Positions 26,820 to 41,351 are shown, counted from the stretch's first letter. The stretch: DNA of 64,000 bases from Eledone cirrhosa (GCA_964016885.1 OZ024746.1:1798001-1862000); one strand, 5' to 3'. The notes: a model not told the origin generated them from the sequence alone. Numbers and translations: made by a program.

Positions 26820-27034
26820 GTAAAGTGGACGTAGGTGCCACAGAAAAAAAAAGCACCCAGCACTCACTGTAAATGAAGTTGGTGTTAGGAAGGGCATCCA
26901 GTTGTAGAAATCAAGCCAGAATCAGTTCCTGTATGAGAAAGACAAGGTCAGCCGACTGGACACTACCCACAACAGGACAATCCATCTAACCCATGCTAGC
27001 GTGGAAGAACGGACGTAAAATGGTGATGATGATG
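26820..27034 (+). mobile_element. RTE-tail SINE 3' half
   Basis: Closely matches 1066-1283. Confidence 0.8.
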
Positions 27035-30000
27035 ACTGCCGAGGTTTTCTCTCTTCTGAACCCTTTTTGGGGGTATCAGGATATACAATCTTTGTGCATC
27101 CATCCCACACCTTCCAGGACAGGTTGCAGGCCCTTCATTAGTTTTTACGACATGAAATGGGGACTGCAATATAATATACAGTACTTAATTATATCTCCAT
27201 AACACAACAAAATAAATCGAATATATTTAACAAATGAGTGAAACTAACAAAATGGAATCTCTTACTTATTATAACTTAAGGATAAACAATATTTGTCATA
27301 AAAGTAATCCCCATGAAACCACATTCTATAAACACTGGCCCAAAATCAATCTGATTCACTCAAACAAAAGCAAAGTCTAAAAATAAAACCTTTTTTTTTA
27401 AGGATTTAAAATGACCATTGAACCTGGAGTGGTTCTTGGTCCCTGTGCTACCCCTGTGCTACCTCTGTACTCACTGGGGAAGAGTTGGCCTCCAGCAGGA
27501 GTTAACTGCCACATGTTGGAATGGCAATTTCAATGTGTCTTCATCACTATTCTCTGGGCATAACATTCTCTATTCTGTCCACTGAGACCATGAGGTGGCT
27601 TGCATCTGGAGTTCTGTCTCACTGACCAGACTCACATCATTGGGATAACAATGATTGAGTATTCTTTCTCATATTTTTGTTGTATTTAGACCCACTGTTG
27701 TCAGCATAACAAGGCCTAGACTGATTAACATCATAACCAACATAAGCAGGAATGTTGTCTCATTCTGGAGTTAAACACCAACTCTTGGAATATTTAAAGT
27801 TAATGAAAGAACACCTTCAACTTATTAATAGAAATACATAATATATATTATAAGATTATTAATATGGCTATACTAGCAGTTGCTATTACCCGACAGCTGT
27901 TTCTCTTCACAAGAATATAAACAAAGCAATGGAAAAAATTTGCTCTTCTCTTGTTATGCTTTTTAAATTATATTCTATATTTATACTGAAGACAAAAGGG
28001 AATTATAAAAGACTAAATTACCTCCATGTGCACTCAATAGAAAAAAAGAACTATTGTATTAAAAAAATGAGTTTCTATCAAGGAGCAAAATAACTTGGTT
28101 GCTGTCAGGGAGTAATATATAACTGAAAGATAAAAACTTGTAGACATGATTTATCTCTGAAGATTTCTGTCCACACCAATATAAATAAGGTCAAAGCATT
28201 GAGAAAATATATAACAACTCACACATTGTTTCCAAGGTTTGATATAAATTTTCCTTAAAAACTTCCAACTGAGATGAAAATTTCATATAAGATGTCTCGC
28301 ATCAAAAGACAACAGCAGAACAGCACAATGGACCATTTGGTAAAGTGATATAGATTTCCCTTAGATACATGCTAGCTGTTGTATTTACTGAAAAAAGTTC
28401 TTTTAACCTATATTCTAAGATAATATATTTCAACAAGAATACTTTACTGTCAGTCATTTCAGCCAGAGATATTAATAAAGGTAGTGTGTCTAATAGGGAG
28501 CCACTTGATACAACTTATCTTTAGAAATATACTAAATGAAGGAAGACTCTGCTCAAATATCATAAAGAAAAACTTAACTAAAATATAGCCAGTGAACCAT
28601 ATCATTAGAGAATGACTAGGCAATAATCTGAACAGGAAAATGTTGCTTACTTGATAGTAATGTCACTGTAACAATTTCCAACTTCATTGTGTGAATTGGT
28701 GTTATTAATTGTGAGAAAATGGGAAGGTGGAGCAGTTTCTTGAGATATAAAAGTGTGATAGGAAATGGTTCTTATGCAGTCACCAATTAACACATTAGTG
28801 ACCAACTGGGTGAGGGAATTTATTTCTGAAGATAAAAATTTAACAAAGTCCACATGCAGTAAAATACAAATAAGGTGGTTTAATCTTAAACAAAAATTTA
28901 ATTTATAAAACAAAATAAAAAAGAAACATTACTGACTTATATTGTTTGCAAACAGCTCCTAGCTGCCTTTCTTTTAACCACCTCACATACTGTTTTTACT
29001 ATCTTGATAAGCAAGCTTTGGTATCCATTTTAAAGCTAGAATGTAGCTCCAGTTTTATGATATTAGGCAGCTGAGTGAACTTTTTCTTTTGGATAGACAT
29101 CCAGTTTGTTGTAGATAACATTTCTAGATCTGATATATATTACTGACAGCTAAGTGAAGTGCTATTTCTAGTAAGTTAAATGACTGTGCAAGAGGCTTTC
29201 TCATTGGTTCATATACATACTGTATTTGTGTATATGTTACATTTGCAACATGTGTGAACATCTATATACCTGCATCATCATCATCATGGCCATTTAATGT
29301 CTTATTTTTAGATCCTCCATGTTATGATACAAGTCTGGCCAGTTGGCCGCGCTGTACCTTCCTCAAACGGAACTGGGGGATTTTTAGTCAGATGCCCCTC
29401 CTAACACCAACCACATTTACAGTGTCGAACTAGGTGGTCCTGTTATGAGAAGGGTCTGGCCAGTTGGCTGCACCATACTCAGCTCATAGCAAAACCATAT
29501 TTTGGGATCTTGGTGAACCAGTTATGGGGAAGGTCTGGCCAGCTGGCCATACCAAACCTTGCTCATAGCAGCATATACATATTTTATGTGCATATGTCTA
29601 TATATTTGTGTGTGTACAGTTTGTGATATGTGTGAATGAGAGAGAGAAAGAGAAGGTTAGAGAGAGAGAGCAGGTAAATGTGAATTAACATATGGTGTTT
29701 AAAACTATATGATGTCATGTCAGTTGTCTAATGGATTCCACCCAAGAAAATTCAAGAAAAACTACCCCTATCTCCAGCAGGATGGGTAGGAACACAATTG
29801 AAATAGGCAGAATTAGGAGAGAACCAAATTGAAACAAAGATCAAGAGAATTCTCAGAATACTGATAATAGATAGATTGTTCTCTTTGATTCAGCTTCTAT
29901 GTGAAGATATTTTGAACTTAGCAATGTATGTCAATTCAACTATCTAATCTTCTTGACAGCTATCTTGATATACTCTGGTTAATAGAAAATAGAGCTTACT

Positions 30001-30149
30001 TAAAAAACATTTTTATTTGGCTAAACATACAGAAAAAGAGAGCAGTATTGGAAAGAACTATAAATGTCATAAATGAGAGGAAAGGGAGGAGAAGAACAAG
30101 GACTACTAGACAAAGGAAGAAAGGGGGAAGGGGAGAGAGAATGACAGAC

Positions 30150-30330
30150 TCTACACCTGGGTCAGAGCGGTGTTTTGGCTGCACCGCACAGACAAAATGG
30201 CAAAGGCTTTTCCGTGGACAATGGCCAGCAACACCCACTGCAACAACCTCATGGGGTTCCTTCCAATTTTACAGAAGAGGTCAGCTGTCCAGCTGCCTGA
30301 GGTCTCAACTGTGACCGGTGCAAAGAGGCC
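30150..30330 (-). mobile_element. CRE-clade RLE C-terminal remnant
   Basis: FAPVTVETSG...LLQWVLLAIVHGKAFAIL, a diverged relative of 18290-18545. Confidence 0.6.
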
Positions 30331-30885
30331 AGACAAGCCCCAGCTGTGGCCATTTCGTTACTTAACCATATTTTAGATCTAATGGCGATGTTCTAATTAT
30401 TTTTCTACTTTTTGTTATCATATTCGGTTATTACTGAGTAAATGCAATAAAAATGGAAATATATATAAAAAAATTAAAATATTTTAGAGATTTAAAGAAT
30501 GAATCTTGGTTCTTTTATTTTACCATTTGATAATGATTTGTTGAGAGCACAGATGGGTGAGACAATTGTTTAATTTGAAAATGTACTGACGCCATTGTTG
30601 TTGATTAGACCCCAGTTCAGCCTTAATTGTGAAGATCTATTATGAAATGCATTCCAGATATGACCATCCTGTCATTAATTTCAACATAGTGTATCTAGAA
30701 TCATGGTACCCAAACTGTGCACCATGGTTCACTGCTGTCCCACAAGATATAATTAGGTGCAGCACAAAAGAGCAAGATTTTATTTCAAAACATGAAATAT
30801 ACAAATTGAAATTTGTAATGTCAAACATAACTGTGAAAATGGGAAACTAAGGATTATTTCCTGAAATAAGTCTCATTTTCTTGGA

Positions 30886-31572
30886 TTGTGCATGTGTGTG
30901 TGGGGGGGTGGGGGACATGTGCATGTGGGTGGGTGTGGGCATATGTGTGTGGGTGTGTGCATGTGTGTGTATGTGGGCATGTGGGTGTGTGCATGTGTGA
31001 GAGAGTACCTATCTGCATAGTGCCATGCCATGGAATGTCATCGGAAGGGGGGGGGGCGACTTTCACAAACTTCAAACAAGAAATGTGTGCAAATGTGTGT
31101 GTGTCTGTGTGAGTGTGTGTTGGTGTGTGTGTGTGAGTGTGTGTGTGTTGGTGTGTGTGTACGTTGGTGTGTGAGTGTGTTGGTGTGTTGGTGTGTGTGT
31201 GTGTGTGTGTGTTGGTGTGTGTGTGTGTGTTGGTGTGTGTGTGTGTGTTGGTGTGTGTGTGTGTGTTGGTGTGTGTGTGTTGGTGTGTGTTGGTGTGTGA
31301 GTGTGTGTGTTGGTGTGTGAGTGTGTGTGTTGGTGTGTGTGTGTTGGTGTGTGTTGGTGTGTGTTGGTGTGTGAGTGTGTGTGTTGGTGTGTGAGTGTGT
31401 GTGTTGGTGAGGGGTGCATGTTGGTGTGTGAGTGTGTGTTGGTGTGTGTTTATTGGTGCGTGAGTGTCTGTGTTGGTGTGTGTGTGTTGGTATGTGATTA
31501 TATGTGTGTATGTGTTGGTGTGTGAGTGTGTGTGTGTATTGGTGTGTGTGTGTGTATGTGTTGGTGTGTGTT
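30886..31572. repeat. (GT)n/GTTG compound microsatellite
   Basis: Direct repeat; source of the HT/VC ORFs. Confidence 0.95.
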
Positions 31573-31770
31573 TAGTGGATAGAGAGGAGTAGGGTAAAGA
31601 ACTAATTGACCCCAAATCCTCCTCAGACCCACCCATATATTTGAAGAAGATTAACAGAAAAAGATCACCTCACCAGATGAGAAATATCAAATTATAGGAA
31701 TAAAAAATAGCTACATAGATTAGATGTCTTCCTAAAAAATACTCCACCCTTTATCCATACTAATCAACAG

Positions 31771-32072
31771 GCATTGTGAGAGGTAAATGTCAGCCCAAAC
31801 ACTATAAGTTAACCTAGCAATAAGCCCTAACTTCTGCTTTGCTGTCATATAATTAATAACCCAGTCAAAAGCACTGTGAGAGGTAAATGTCAGCCCAAAC
31901 ACTATAAGTTAACCTAGCAATAAGCCCTAACTTCTGCTTTGCTGTCATATAATTAATAACCCAGTCAAAAGCACTATGAGAGGTAAATGTCAGCCCAAAC
32001 ACTATAAGTTAACCTAGCAATAAGCCCTAACTTCTGCTTTGCTGTCATATAATTAATAACCCAGTCAAAAGC
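31771..32072. repeat. 100-bp tandem repeat x3
   Basis: Units start at 31771, 31871 and 31971 and are near-identical. Confidence 0.97.
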
Positions 32073-32500
32073 CAATAAAACATTTGCCAAACCTGTAATA
32101 TAATAAGTGAGTTTATATCTTCAACATCTTCACGCTTAGCTTAAGTTTCTCTATATTGCTTTGGAAAACTATATTGACATATTTAAATCAGTTTTAGGGA
32201 GTAACATGAACTCCATAGAGGATAAGCTCCTAGCAAAGCTAAATCCATGACACAGTTTTCACTCCCAGTTTGTGGCAATTTTGCGTCACTGACAAAATTA
32301 ATACTGTTGATAATGACATGTACATCAGAAAACTAAATTCCTGAACTCCTTGTGTCTACGTATTTAAGAAATCACTCTAAAGACATCTGTCATAAAGGAG
32401 AGATATAAGAACCCAGTGAAACAAACTTCCAAAGAAAAAAAAAACAATTTCCTGACTTAAGGCAGCCAATTGGATAAAATACCTGGTGTGTTTAGTTACA

Positions 32501-32563
32501 GTAGTAGTAGTAGTGGTAGTGGTAGTAGTAGTAGTAGTGGTAGTAGTAGTAGTAGTAGTAGTG

Positions 32564-32613
<50 letters not shown>

Positions 32614-33047
32614 GGTGGTGGTGGTGGTGGTGGTGGTGGTGGTGGTGGTGGTGGTGGTAGTAGTGGTGGTGGTGGTGGTGGTGGTAGTGGAGGTGGTGGT
32701 GGTAGTGGTAGTAGTGGAGGTGGTGGTGGTAGTAGTAGTGGTGGTGGTGGTGGTGGTAGTAGTGGAGGTGGTGGTGGTAGTGGTAGTAGTAGTGGAGGTG
32801 GTGGTGGTGGTAGTGGAGGTGGTGGTGGTAGTGGTAGTAGTAATAGTGGAGGTGGTGGTGGTAGTGGGAGTAGTAGTAGTAGTAATAGTAGTGGCGGCAG
32901 CAGTAGTGGTGGTGGTAGTAGTAGTAGTGGTGGTGGTGGTAGTAGTGGTGGTGGTGGTGGTGGTGGTGGTAGTGGTGGTGGTAATAGTAGTAGTGGTGGT
33001 AGTAGTAGTAGTAGCAGCAGTAGTAGTAGTAGTAGTGGCAGTGGTGG
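32501..33047. repeat. (AGT/GGT)n microsatellite
   Basis: Trinucleotide repeat; source of the poly-S/G and poly-V ORFs. Confidence 0.95.
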
Positions 33048-33096
33048 TAAAAGAAAAAAAAGAAAAAGACGATGATGAACAACAAGATAGCTAAAG

Positions 33097-34138
33097 GACA
33101 GGCCATTACTTCAGGGTCAGTCTTGGTACAGAGCACAAGTCACCCCACAGACGACAGGCCATTATTTCAGGGTACAAATCACCCCACACATGACAGGCCA
33201 TTACTTCAGGGTCAGTCTTGCTACAGAGCACAAGTCACCCCACAGATGACAGGCCATTACTTCAGGGTCAGTCTTGCTACAGAGCACAAGTCACCCCCAC
33301 ACGACAGGCCATTACTTCAGGGCCAGTCTTGGTTCAGAGCACAAGTCACCCCCACACGACAGGCCATTACTTCAGGGTCAGTCTTGGTACAGAGCACAAG
33401 TCACCCCCACACGACAGGCCATTACTTCAGGGCCAGTCTTGGTACAGAGCACAAGTCACCCCACAAATGACAGGCCATTACTTCAGGGTCAGTCTTGCTA
33501 CAGAGCACAAGTCACCCCACAAATGACAGGCCATTACTTCAGGGTCAGTCTTGGTACAGAGCACAAGTCACCCCACAAATGACAGGCCATTACTTCAGGG
33601 CCAGTCTTGCTACAGAGCACAAGTCACCCCACAAATGACAGGCCATTACTTCAGGGCCAGTCTTGCTACAGAGCACAAGTCACCCCACAAATGACAGGCG
33701 ATTACTTCAGGGTCGGTCTTGGTACAGAGCACAAGTCACCCCACAAATGACAGGCCATTACTTCAGGGTCGGTCTTGGTACAGAGCACAAGTCACCCCAC
33801 AAATGACAGGCCATTACTTCAGGGCCAGTCTTGCTACAGAGCACAAGTCACCCCACAGATGACAGGCCATTACTTCAGGGTCAGTCTTGGTACAGAGCAC
33901 AAGTCACCCCACAAATGACAGGCCATTACTTCAGGGTCAGTCTTGCTACAGAGCACAAGTCACCCCACAGATGAAGGCCATTACTTCAGGGCCAGTCTTG
34001 GTACAGAGCACAAGTCACCCCACAGATGACAGGCCATTACTTCAGGGTCAGTCTTGCTACAGAGCACAAGTCACCCCCACACGACAGGCCATTACTTCAG
34101 GGTCAGTCTTGGTACAGAGCACAAGTCACCCCACACAT
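33097..34138. repeat. 56/57-bp minisatellite, ~18 copies
   Basis: Unit GACAGGCCATTACTTCAGGGTCAGTCTTGGTACAGAGCACAAGTCACCCCACAGAT. Confidence 0.97.
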
Positions 34139-35584
34139 GAATACTATTCACATATTTGAAGTAAAGCAAAAAGAAATGTTATAAACCAAACCCCCAAACA
34201 GCCATGACTCTCCTGTCTTTTTCTTCAGGAATAGGTCATCTAGAATCCCATTATCTAATGTGTCTATTTCTATAATGATCCTTACCTACTAAAATTGAAG
34301 CTAAACTTGGATTACAACAACCTCACATGAGAAGACATGCAAATACCATGAACTCTGCCTCTCTTGACCGGACTAAAATTTAGGGGGAAAAATGTAAGAA
34401 AGTCATTTTATATATTTAGTTTTCTGTTGTTGATTATCCCAATATTAGTCTTGGATGAGCAAACTTATGATCAAAGCTTTCCTGTCATGACCACCCTGCT
34501 TTTATTTCTAGGTTATATTGTCCTTTTATTTTTAAAACAGAGAATGTGATATGAGAGAGATTTGGATGCTATTTCTAACAAGTCAAAGAATCATATTGAG
34601 GCACATTTGTTGACTTAGTAGACTCAGTTGAAACTGTGCTACCACTTCATAGCACTTGACCACACCACCTAGCATAGATACAATTATATTAATGAAGCTA
34701 TGACAAATACAACTAAGAATAGAAAGAAATGTAGCGGGACTCCGTGATATTATCTATAAATACATATTCAAAATATGTTGAATGAATCACAAGTGCTGAA
34801 TACAAAAAAAAAAACATCTATTTTATTAAAAGTTGCCACTTTCATAAGCTGCAGCTCAAACATTCCTCACAATTGAGCAAGTTAATGAAACAAAAGTGTG
34901 GCAAAAGAACTATGTATGGTAACTAAATTGAAGCTGAGAAGTACAAAGAAATTTCCTATTAGAAAAACATTAGAATAAACTCATTGGTGTTTAATTAATT
35001 ATATGTTCATTATATAGAGTGGAGAAGTTATCACATGAACTGGAGAAATCAAAGACATTAACATTTGTTTATTGTAAAGCAGATAAACACATTTAACTGT
35101 ATATAGTTTCACTGTTATGTTACAAATATTGTGTTAATAATTATTTTAGTAAATACCTTTAAATTCTTCATTGATTAATTCAAATACTGTGTATTTTATC
35201 AGAAATATGGAAATGAAAGGTTTAATTATAGTTCTGCTTAATCAGAGATGATCTAGGGTTAAACAACAGCAGAGAATCACAGGATCTTTTCTTGCCAAGA
35301 AAAACCCAAACCAGTGAGAGAGAGAGAGCTCTTTTATGTTTCTGTATATAGAATTCCCTCCATGTATTTGAGTGAGTATGTGTGTATGTGTATATGTGTG
35401 TATGTGTATATGTGTATGTGTGTGTATGTGTACATGTGTGTGTATATGTGTATATTCTTAGCTGTCATGTCCATGTGTATATATAAGTTTACATGCATTG
35501 ATATGATAGTATGTAAAGTTTGTGGGTATGTATAAATATGCATGAGTGTACATATTAGTGGTTGTGTGTAACATATATTTCACT

Positions 35585-36218
35585 GTGTATAAATGTATAT
35601 ACCTAACAACTAGTGTACAAGTATATAATTGTGTGAGTGTATAAATGTATATACCTAACAACTAGTGTACAGGTATATATTTGTGTGAGTGTATAAATGT
35701 ATATACCTAACAACTAGTGTACAAGTATATAATTGTGTGAGCGTATAAATGTATATACCTAACAACTAGTGTACAGGTATATATTTGTGTGAGTGTATAA
35801 ATGTATATACCTAACAACTAGTGTACAGGTATATATTTGTGTGAGTGTATAAATGTATATACCTAACAACTAGTGTACAGGTATATATTTGTGTGAGTGT
35901 ATAAATGTATATACCTAACAACTAGTGTACAGGTATATATTTGTGTGAGTGTATAAATGTATATACCTAACAACTAGTGTACAAGTATATAATTGTGTGA
36001 GCGTATAAATGTATATACCTAACAATTAGTGTACAAGTATATAATTGTGTGAGTGTATAAATGTATATACCTAACAACTAGTGTACAGGTATATATTTGT
36101 GTGAGTGTATAAATGTATATACCTAACAACTAGTGTACAAGTATATAATTGTGTGAGCGTATAAATGTATATACCTAACAATTAGTGTACAAGTATATAA
36201 TTGTGTGAGTGTATAAAT
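35585..36218. repeat. 52-bp minisatellite, ~12 copies
   Basis: Unit GTGTATAAATGTATATACCTAACAACTAGTGTACARGTATATAWTTGTGTGA. Confidence 0.97.
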
Positions 36219-36289
36219 GAAATTGCCAGTTTATACACTTCCTAAATGGTGATGTACACATATAAAGAGTACAGAACATGGAAATGACA

Positions 36290-36930
36290 TATATGTCTGT
36301 GTCTGACTATATATATGTCTGTGTCTGACTATATATATGTCTGTGTCTGACTATATATATGTCTGTGTCTGACTATATATATGTCTGTGTCTGACTATAT
36401 ATGTGGTATGTCTGTGTCTGACTATATATGTGGTATGTCTGACTATATATGTGGTATGTCTGACTATATATGTGGTATGTCTGACTATATATGTGGTATG
36501 TCTGACTATATATGTGGTATGTCTGACTATATATGTGGTATGTCTGACTATATATGTGGTATGTCTGTGTCTGACTATATATGTGGTATGTCTGTGTCTG
36601 ACTATATATGTGGTATGTCTGACTATATATGTGGTATGTCTGACTATATATGTGGTATGTCTGACTATATATGTGGTATGTCTGTGTCTGACTATATATG
36701 TGGTATGTCTGTGTCTGACTATATATGTGGTATGTCTGACTATATATGTGGTATGTCTGACTATATATGTGGTATGTCTGACTATATATGTGGTATGTCT
36801 GACTATATATGTGGTATGTCTGACTATATATGTGGTATGTCTGACTATATATGTGGTATGTCTGACTATATATGTGGTATGTCTGACTATATATGTGGTA
36901 TGTCTATGCCTATGTCTGACTATATATGTG
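36290..36930. repeat. 21/27-bp minisatellite
   Basis: Unit TATGTCTG(TGTCTG)ACTATATATGTGG; source of the MSDYICG ORF. Confidence 0.95.
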
Positions 36931-37733
36931 GGAAAAAGCTTATTTGTTCTAACTGTAAACTTAGATTCAGCACATCTTGAGAAATAAAGAAGCTTATCTT
37001 GGGAATTCCTTTCAAGTTAAATAGAATTCAAAAACAAGAAGCCATGAAAATAACCAAGAATGTCAACAGCACACCCACCTATCCATCTAAAAAGAAATTA
37101 TGAATAATGGGTTTCTTTAATAATTTCTTGAATTGACATCAAGAAAAATGTGTAAAATTCATTATAAAAATCTTATTGGTCATTGATAATTAGATATACA
37201 TGTAAATAACCCAAAATTCTTCCAAATTCCTCAAAAGGATCAGAGCTTGGTGAAAGTATATGGCATTAAAGAGATGAGGGGTAAATTTTCCCATGGATAG
37301 AACAAAAGTCTCTCACATTTCAGACAGTTTGATCATGTATGTATTGTTTATGTTTTCTACCCAAATATCCAAATGATGCATTAGATTTGAACACATCTAT
37401 TGCTAATTTCTCATTACAATCACACAGGACATGTCTACTTTGAGTAACTCTTTTGATACTAAACTGCCTGAAACCACCCTTGGTTTTATGATATAAAACT
37501 TTGTTTTAAAGTGTTTATATTTATATCAATATTAATCTAAAATTCCATCATTAATTTGTGTAAGAACCTTTGTTAAGCTTGGTTCCAGACACCAGCTTAA
37601 TAATGAGAAAGTTTGTTGCTTTTATTTATATTACTAAGTCCCTTCAAAAATTTGATAATTTTCAAAATGACATGCTAATAATTCGCCAGAAATATGGTAA
37701 GAAAATGGATAAACTCTCCTAAAACATATATTC

Positions 37734-38021
37734 TTAACCCTTTAGTATTTAAACCGGCCATGTCCAGCCAAAATTCTCTCACCTCTTTCTGTTCAAACCG
37801 GCTGTAACTGGCCACTTATACTGATGTTAAGGTATTGTTCTCAAAATGAATAATATCAAAATCTCATAGATTCGATATTATGTGAAATAATTATGTAAGA
37901 TAAAGCCTTTACCATGAAAATATAACAGTAAATATAGAGTAATGTAGATGTTATGTGAGGTAAAGACTTTACCATGGAAATATAATAGTATATATAGAGT
38001 AATGTGAATGCTAAGGGGTTA
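37734..38021. mobile_element. piggyBac-type MITE (TTAACCC...GGGTTA)
   Basis: Terminal inverted ends TTAACCCTTTAG / CTAAGGGGTTA; same family as 47961-48190 in the opposite orientation. Confidence 0.65.
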
Positions 38022-38707
38022 CCCATAATATAATTTTCAGATTGACAACTTTAAATTACATGTATAATACATCTGATGGGCTTCTACACAGTTTCTATCT
38101 GCCAAATTCATTCACTAAGCTTTAGTTGACCTGAAACTACAGTAAAAGACAAAAGTTGCCACACCATGGGGTTGAACCAAAGACCTGATATTTGTGAAGT
38201 AAACTTGTTAACCAGTGTTGCCTGTCCCCACATTAAAGGAGCTACTGTAATGTCTTCAATCATCCTCACACATCTGAAAGTCAACTGTATTTATAAACAT
38301 AACAAAAATGTTATTGATATGTTTTTCTTATGCTAATCTGGCAACATTTAATTTTTTGCCGAAGTTATAAACCTTATAGTTTAACTTCAGTAGTAACACA
38401 TATCATAAAAGGAGGGGAACATATTATATAAATATAATGTACCATAACATATGATTGGGGTAACAATGGAAGGATCTATCTTTATGCTGTGCAGCCCCAC
38501 CTGTATGTGAACATTAATGATATTGTTTCAAAATCCTTATCAACAATTGTGTATCATATGAGAAATTTACAAAATATATCAATGAAAATGTTTTTTTTTC
38601 TCGTATTAATACACAAGTATATAACTTTGATCTTTTTCACATTTTCATGTAGGATTTTTCCACATAAATACAACTACATGACTTTTAACATGGCAAATGC
38701 TGAGCTG

Positions 38708-38892
38708 TAAGGGGTACTTTAGACTAAAGGGTACTTTAGACTAAGGAGTACTTTAGACTAAGGGGTACTTTAGACTAAGGAGTACTTTAGACTAAGGGGT
38801 ACTTTAGACTAAGGAGTACCTTAGACTAAGGAGTACTTTAGACTAAAGGGTACTTTAGACTAAGGAGTACCTTAGACTAAGGGTACTTTAGA
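38708..38892. repeat. 17-bp minisatellite, ~11 copies
   Basis: Unit TAAGGRGTACTTTAGAC. Confidence 0.95.
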
Positions 38893-39136
38893 TGATGATA
38901 AACAATGTACCAAAAGTTGTAGCACAATTTAATTTGTTTTACATTTAACATCACATTTAACTATTTATCTAATGCACCCACTCAAGATTAATGTTAGAAA
39001 TCCAAAGGCAAACCTCTAATGGTGACTGTAATTAGACAAAATAAGGGCAGATGTCCCACAGGATGGTTATAAAACAGTAGCTAACAGCTGTGATATAAGA
39101 ATACATGTCTGGATGTCTAGCATGAAAATAGTCAAC

Positions 39137-39173
<37 letters not shown>

Positions 39174-39462
39174 GAAATTCCCGACTAGCAATCCAATTAA
39201 AGGCCTGAACTCTGAGAAAGGCTAAGAAGGAGAGTGAAAACTCTGGAGCCCAGAAAACCACACCCAAATAAAAGTCACCACTCAAGCAACAACTGCATCT
39301 ATAGTTTCAATTAAATTTGCAACACAAGCAAATAAGTAAAATTTCCCTCAATACATTTTGTAGCGTGTTTAAAAGACAAGACCACATGTTTCAAATCTTA
39401 AATCTTACAACTGCATATGACACCATAAAATATTGAACCTAGCTAATTGCTGAAATACTAAT

Positions 39463-40110
39463 AATTGTTTCTACTTTTTGGCACAAGGCCAGCAATTATC
39501 TCAGTGTATTACTGGTACTTTAATTTATCGACCTCAAAAGGATGTAAGGCAAAGTTAACCTCGGCGGAATTTGAACTCAGACCATAAAAGGCCGTAACTC
39601 TGCTGCAAAGCATGGTGTCCGACACTCTACCGATACTGCCAATCCACCGCCCTCATAATAATGGTTTCTTAGTTAGGCACAAGGCCAACAATTTGGGGGG
39701 AGAGGAAAGTCGATTAAATCAACCCCAGAACATTACTGGTACTTTATTTTACTGACACCCCCCTCCCCCCATAAGGATGAAATGCAAAGCTAACCTGGGC
39801 AGGATTTGAACTCGGAACGCAAAGGGCCATAACTCTATGCTGTCCAACGCTCTACCGATTCTGCCAACACTGATAATAATTGTTTCTACTTTTGGCACAA
39901 GGCCAGCAATTACCCAGTGTATTACTGGTACTTTATTTTATCGACCCCGTAAGGATGAAAGGCAAAGTTAACCTAGACGGGATTTGAACTCAGCCCATAA
40001 AGGGACGTAACTCTGCTGGAAAGCATGGTGTCCGACCCTCTACCGATACTGCTAATTCACCACCCTAGCATGGTGTCCGACCCTCTACCGATACTGCCAA
40101 TTCACCGCCC
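39463..40110 (-). mobile_element. Three adjacent Deu/Nin-domain SINEs
   Basis: Copies at ~39463-39652, 39660-39868 and 39878-40110; the last has a duplicated tRNA-head segment. Confidence 0.88.
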
Positions 40111-40244
40111 TCATAATAATGATGTTTGTCAGACTTGAGAGATTTCTTAGATAGTATGACTAAGGTTTTCACCGTATGAAGCAGGTTAAGATAAATTTCC
40201 TCCTGAACATAATCACAGGTAATGTTTTTAAGATCTGCTACCTA

Positions 40245-40580
40245 CTCTCAGGTCCCAAATAATATGGGGTGGAATAAGTGGAGGGCAGGGGTTGGAATAA
40301 ACGAGGAAATTGGAATAAGCAGGGTGGTTGGAAAATTGGTAATGTGTCTAGGTTGTCTCTGTTGATTTTTTTAAAAACCAGAATTATTCATTTAGTTTAT
40401 ATATTGAGATCCCCAACCCATCCTATTTATTCTATAACATATGGGATTTCTAGTAAAGTACATTTTTTTTGTCATGTATAATGTTTTTAATGTCTAAAGA
40501 AAATTCATTGTTGCAAGAATGTTACCACTTAGAATTTTGCTGGAGATAGATTAGCAAAATTTAATAAGTGGGGAGGGGGA
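40245..40580 (+). mobile_element. Dispersed repeat (family of 8630 and 62410)
   Basis: Starts TACTCTCAGGTCCCAAATAA; its reverse complement is at ~62736-62755. Confidence 0.6.
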
Positions 40581-40616
40581 TAGTACTCACTTTAAAACAG
40601 TATCTGTCATCAGTCT

Positions 40617-40801
40617 GGGCGGTGGATTGGCACTATCGGTAGAGGGTCGGACGCCATGCTTTCAAGCATAGTTACGTCCCTTTACGATCTGAGTTCAAAT
40701 CCCGCCGAGGTTGACTTTGCCTTTCATCCTTACGGGGTCGATAAAATAAAGTACCAGTAATGCACTGGGTAATTGCTGGCCTTGTGCCTAAAGTAGAAAC
40801 A
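40617..40801 (+). mobile_element. Deu/Nin-domain SINE with 18-bp TSD
   Basis: AGTATCTGTCATCAGTCT at 40599-40616 and 40802-40819. Confidence 0.93.
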
Positions 40802-41351
40802 AGTATCTGTCATCAGTCTAGTAATTGTTATCCAAAGAAATGTAAACCCTGAAACACAGTTAATTAACAAATCTCTTACATGTTTAGCAAATTCCATCTT
40901 AACAACAAACTTTTGTAAAAGACTTGGTTCATTATCTATGAGTTTGTTGGCCTTTTTGTGTTTTTTGTTGTTTTTTATTTTTTGTTTTTAGAAGAAAATA
41001 AGTCCATTGATATATAATTGATATAATTTCATTTTAATTAAACAACACTTCTAACAAACTACAGCCACTTTGAACCTTTAATTATATAAATACCATGCGT
41101 AAATGCTGAATTCTTGAATAGAAAAAATGTGAACATAAGAACATACAAAGTAGTTATAAATAATGTCTTGGAAGAGACAAATAGACAGGAATTGTGAGAA
41201 ACAAAAAGGTTTTTTGTTTTGTTTTAATGGCTTTAAAACAAAATAGTAATCAAAATCTGTTAATTGAAGCAAATAGATTCATTTAACAAATGTAATGATC
41301 ATTAATACAGAGAGACTAAAACTGTTCAACAATATTGCATTCTGTCTTTCT

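Noticed and set aside
32470-33075. Gly/Ser-rich 201-aa ORF ending in KRKKRKRR
   Set aside because: A plain AGT/GGT triplet repeat with a non-ATG start, open in other frames too; no splice evidence.
36381-36980. MSDYICG repeat protein, superficially reflectin-like (Met/Asp/Tyr)
   Set aside because: Units are identical at the DNA level with no synonymous variation and grade into a TA microsatellite; the reflectin M/FD(X)5MD(X)5MD motif is absent.
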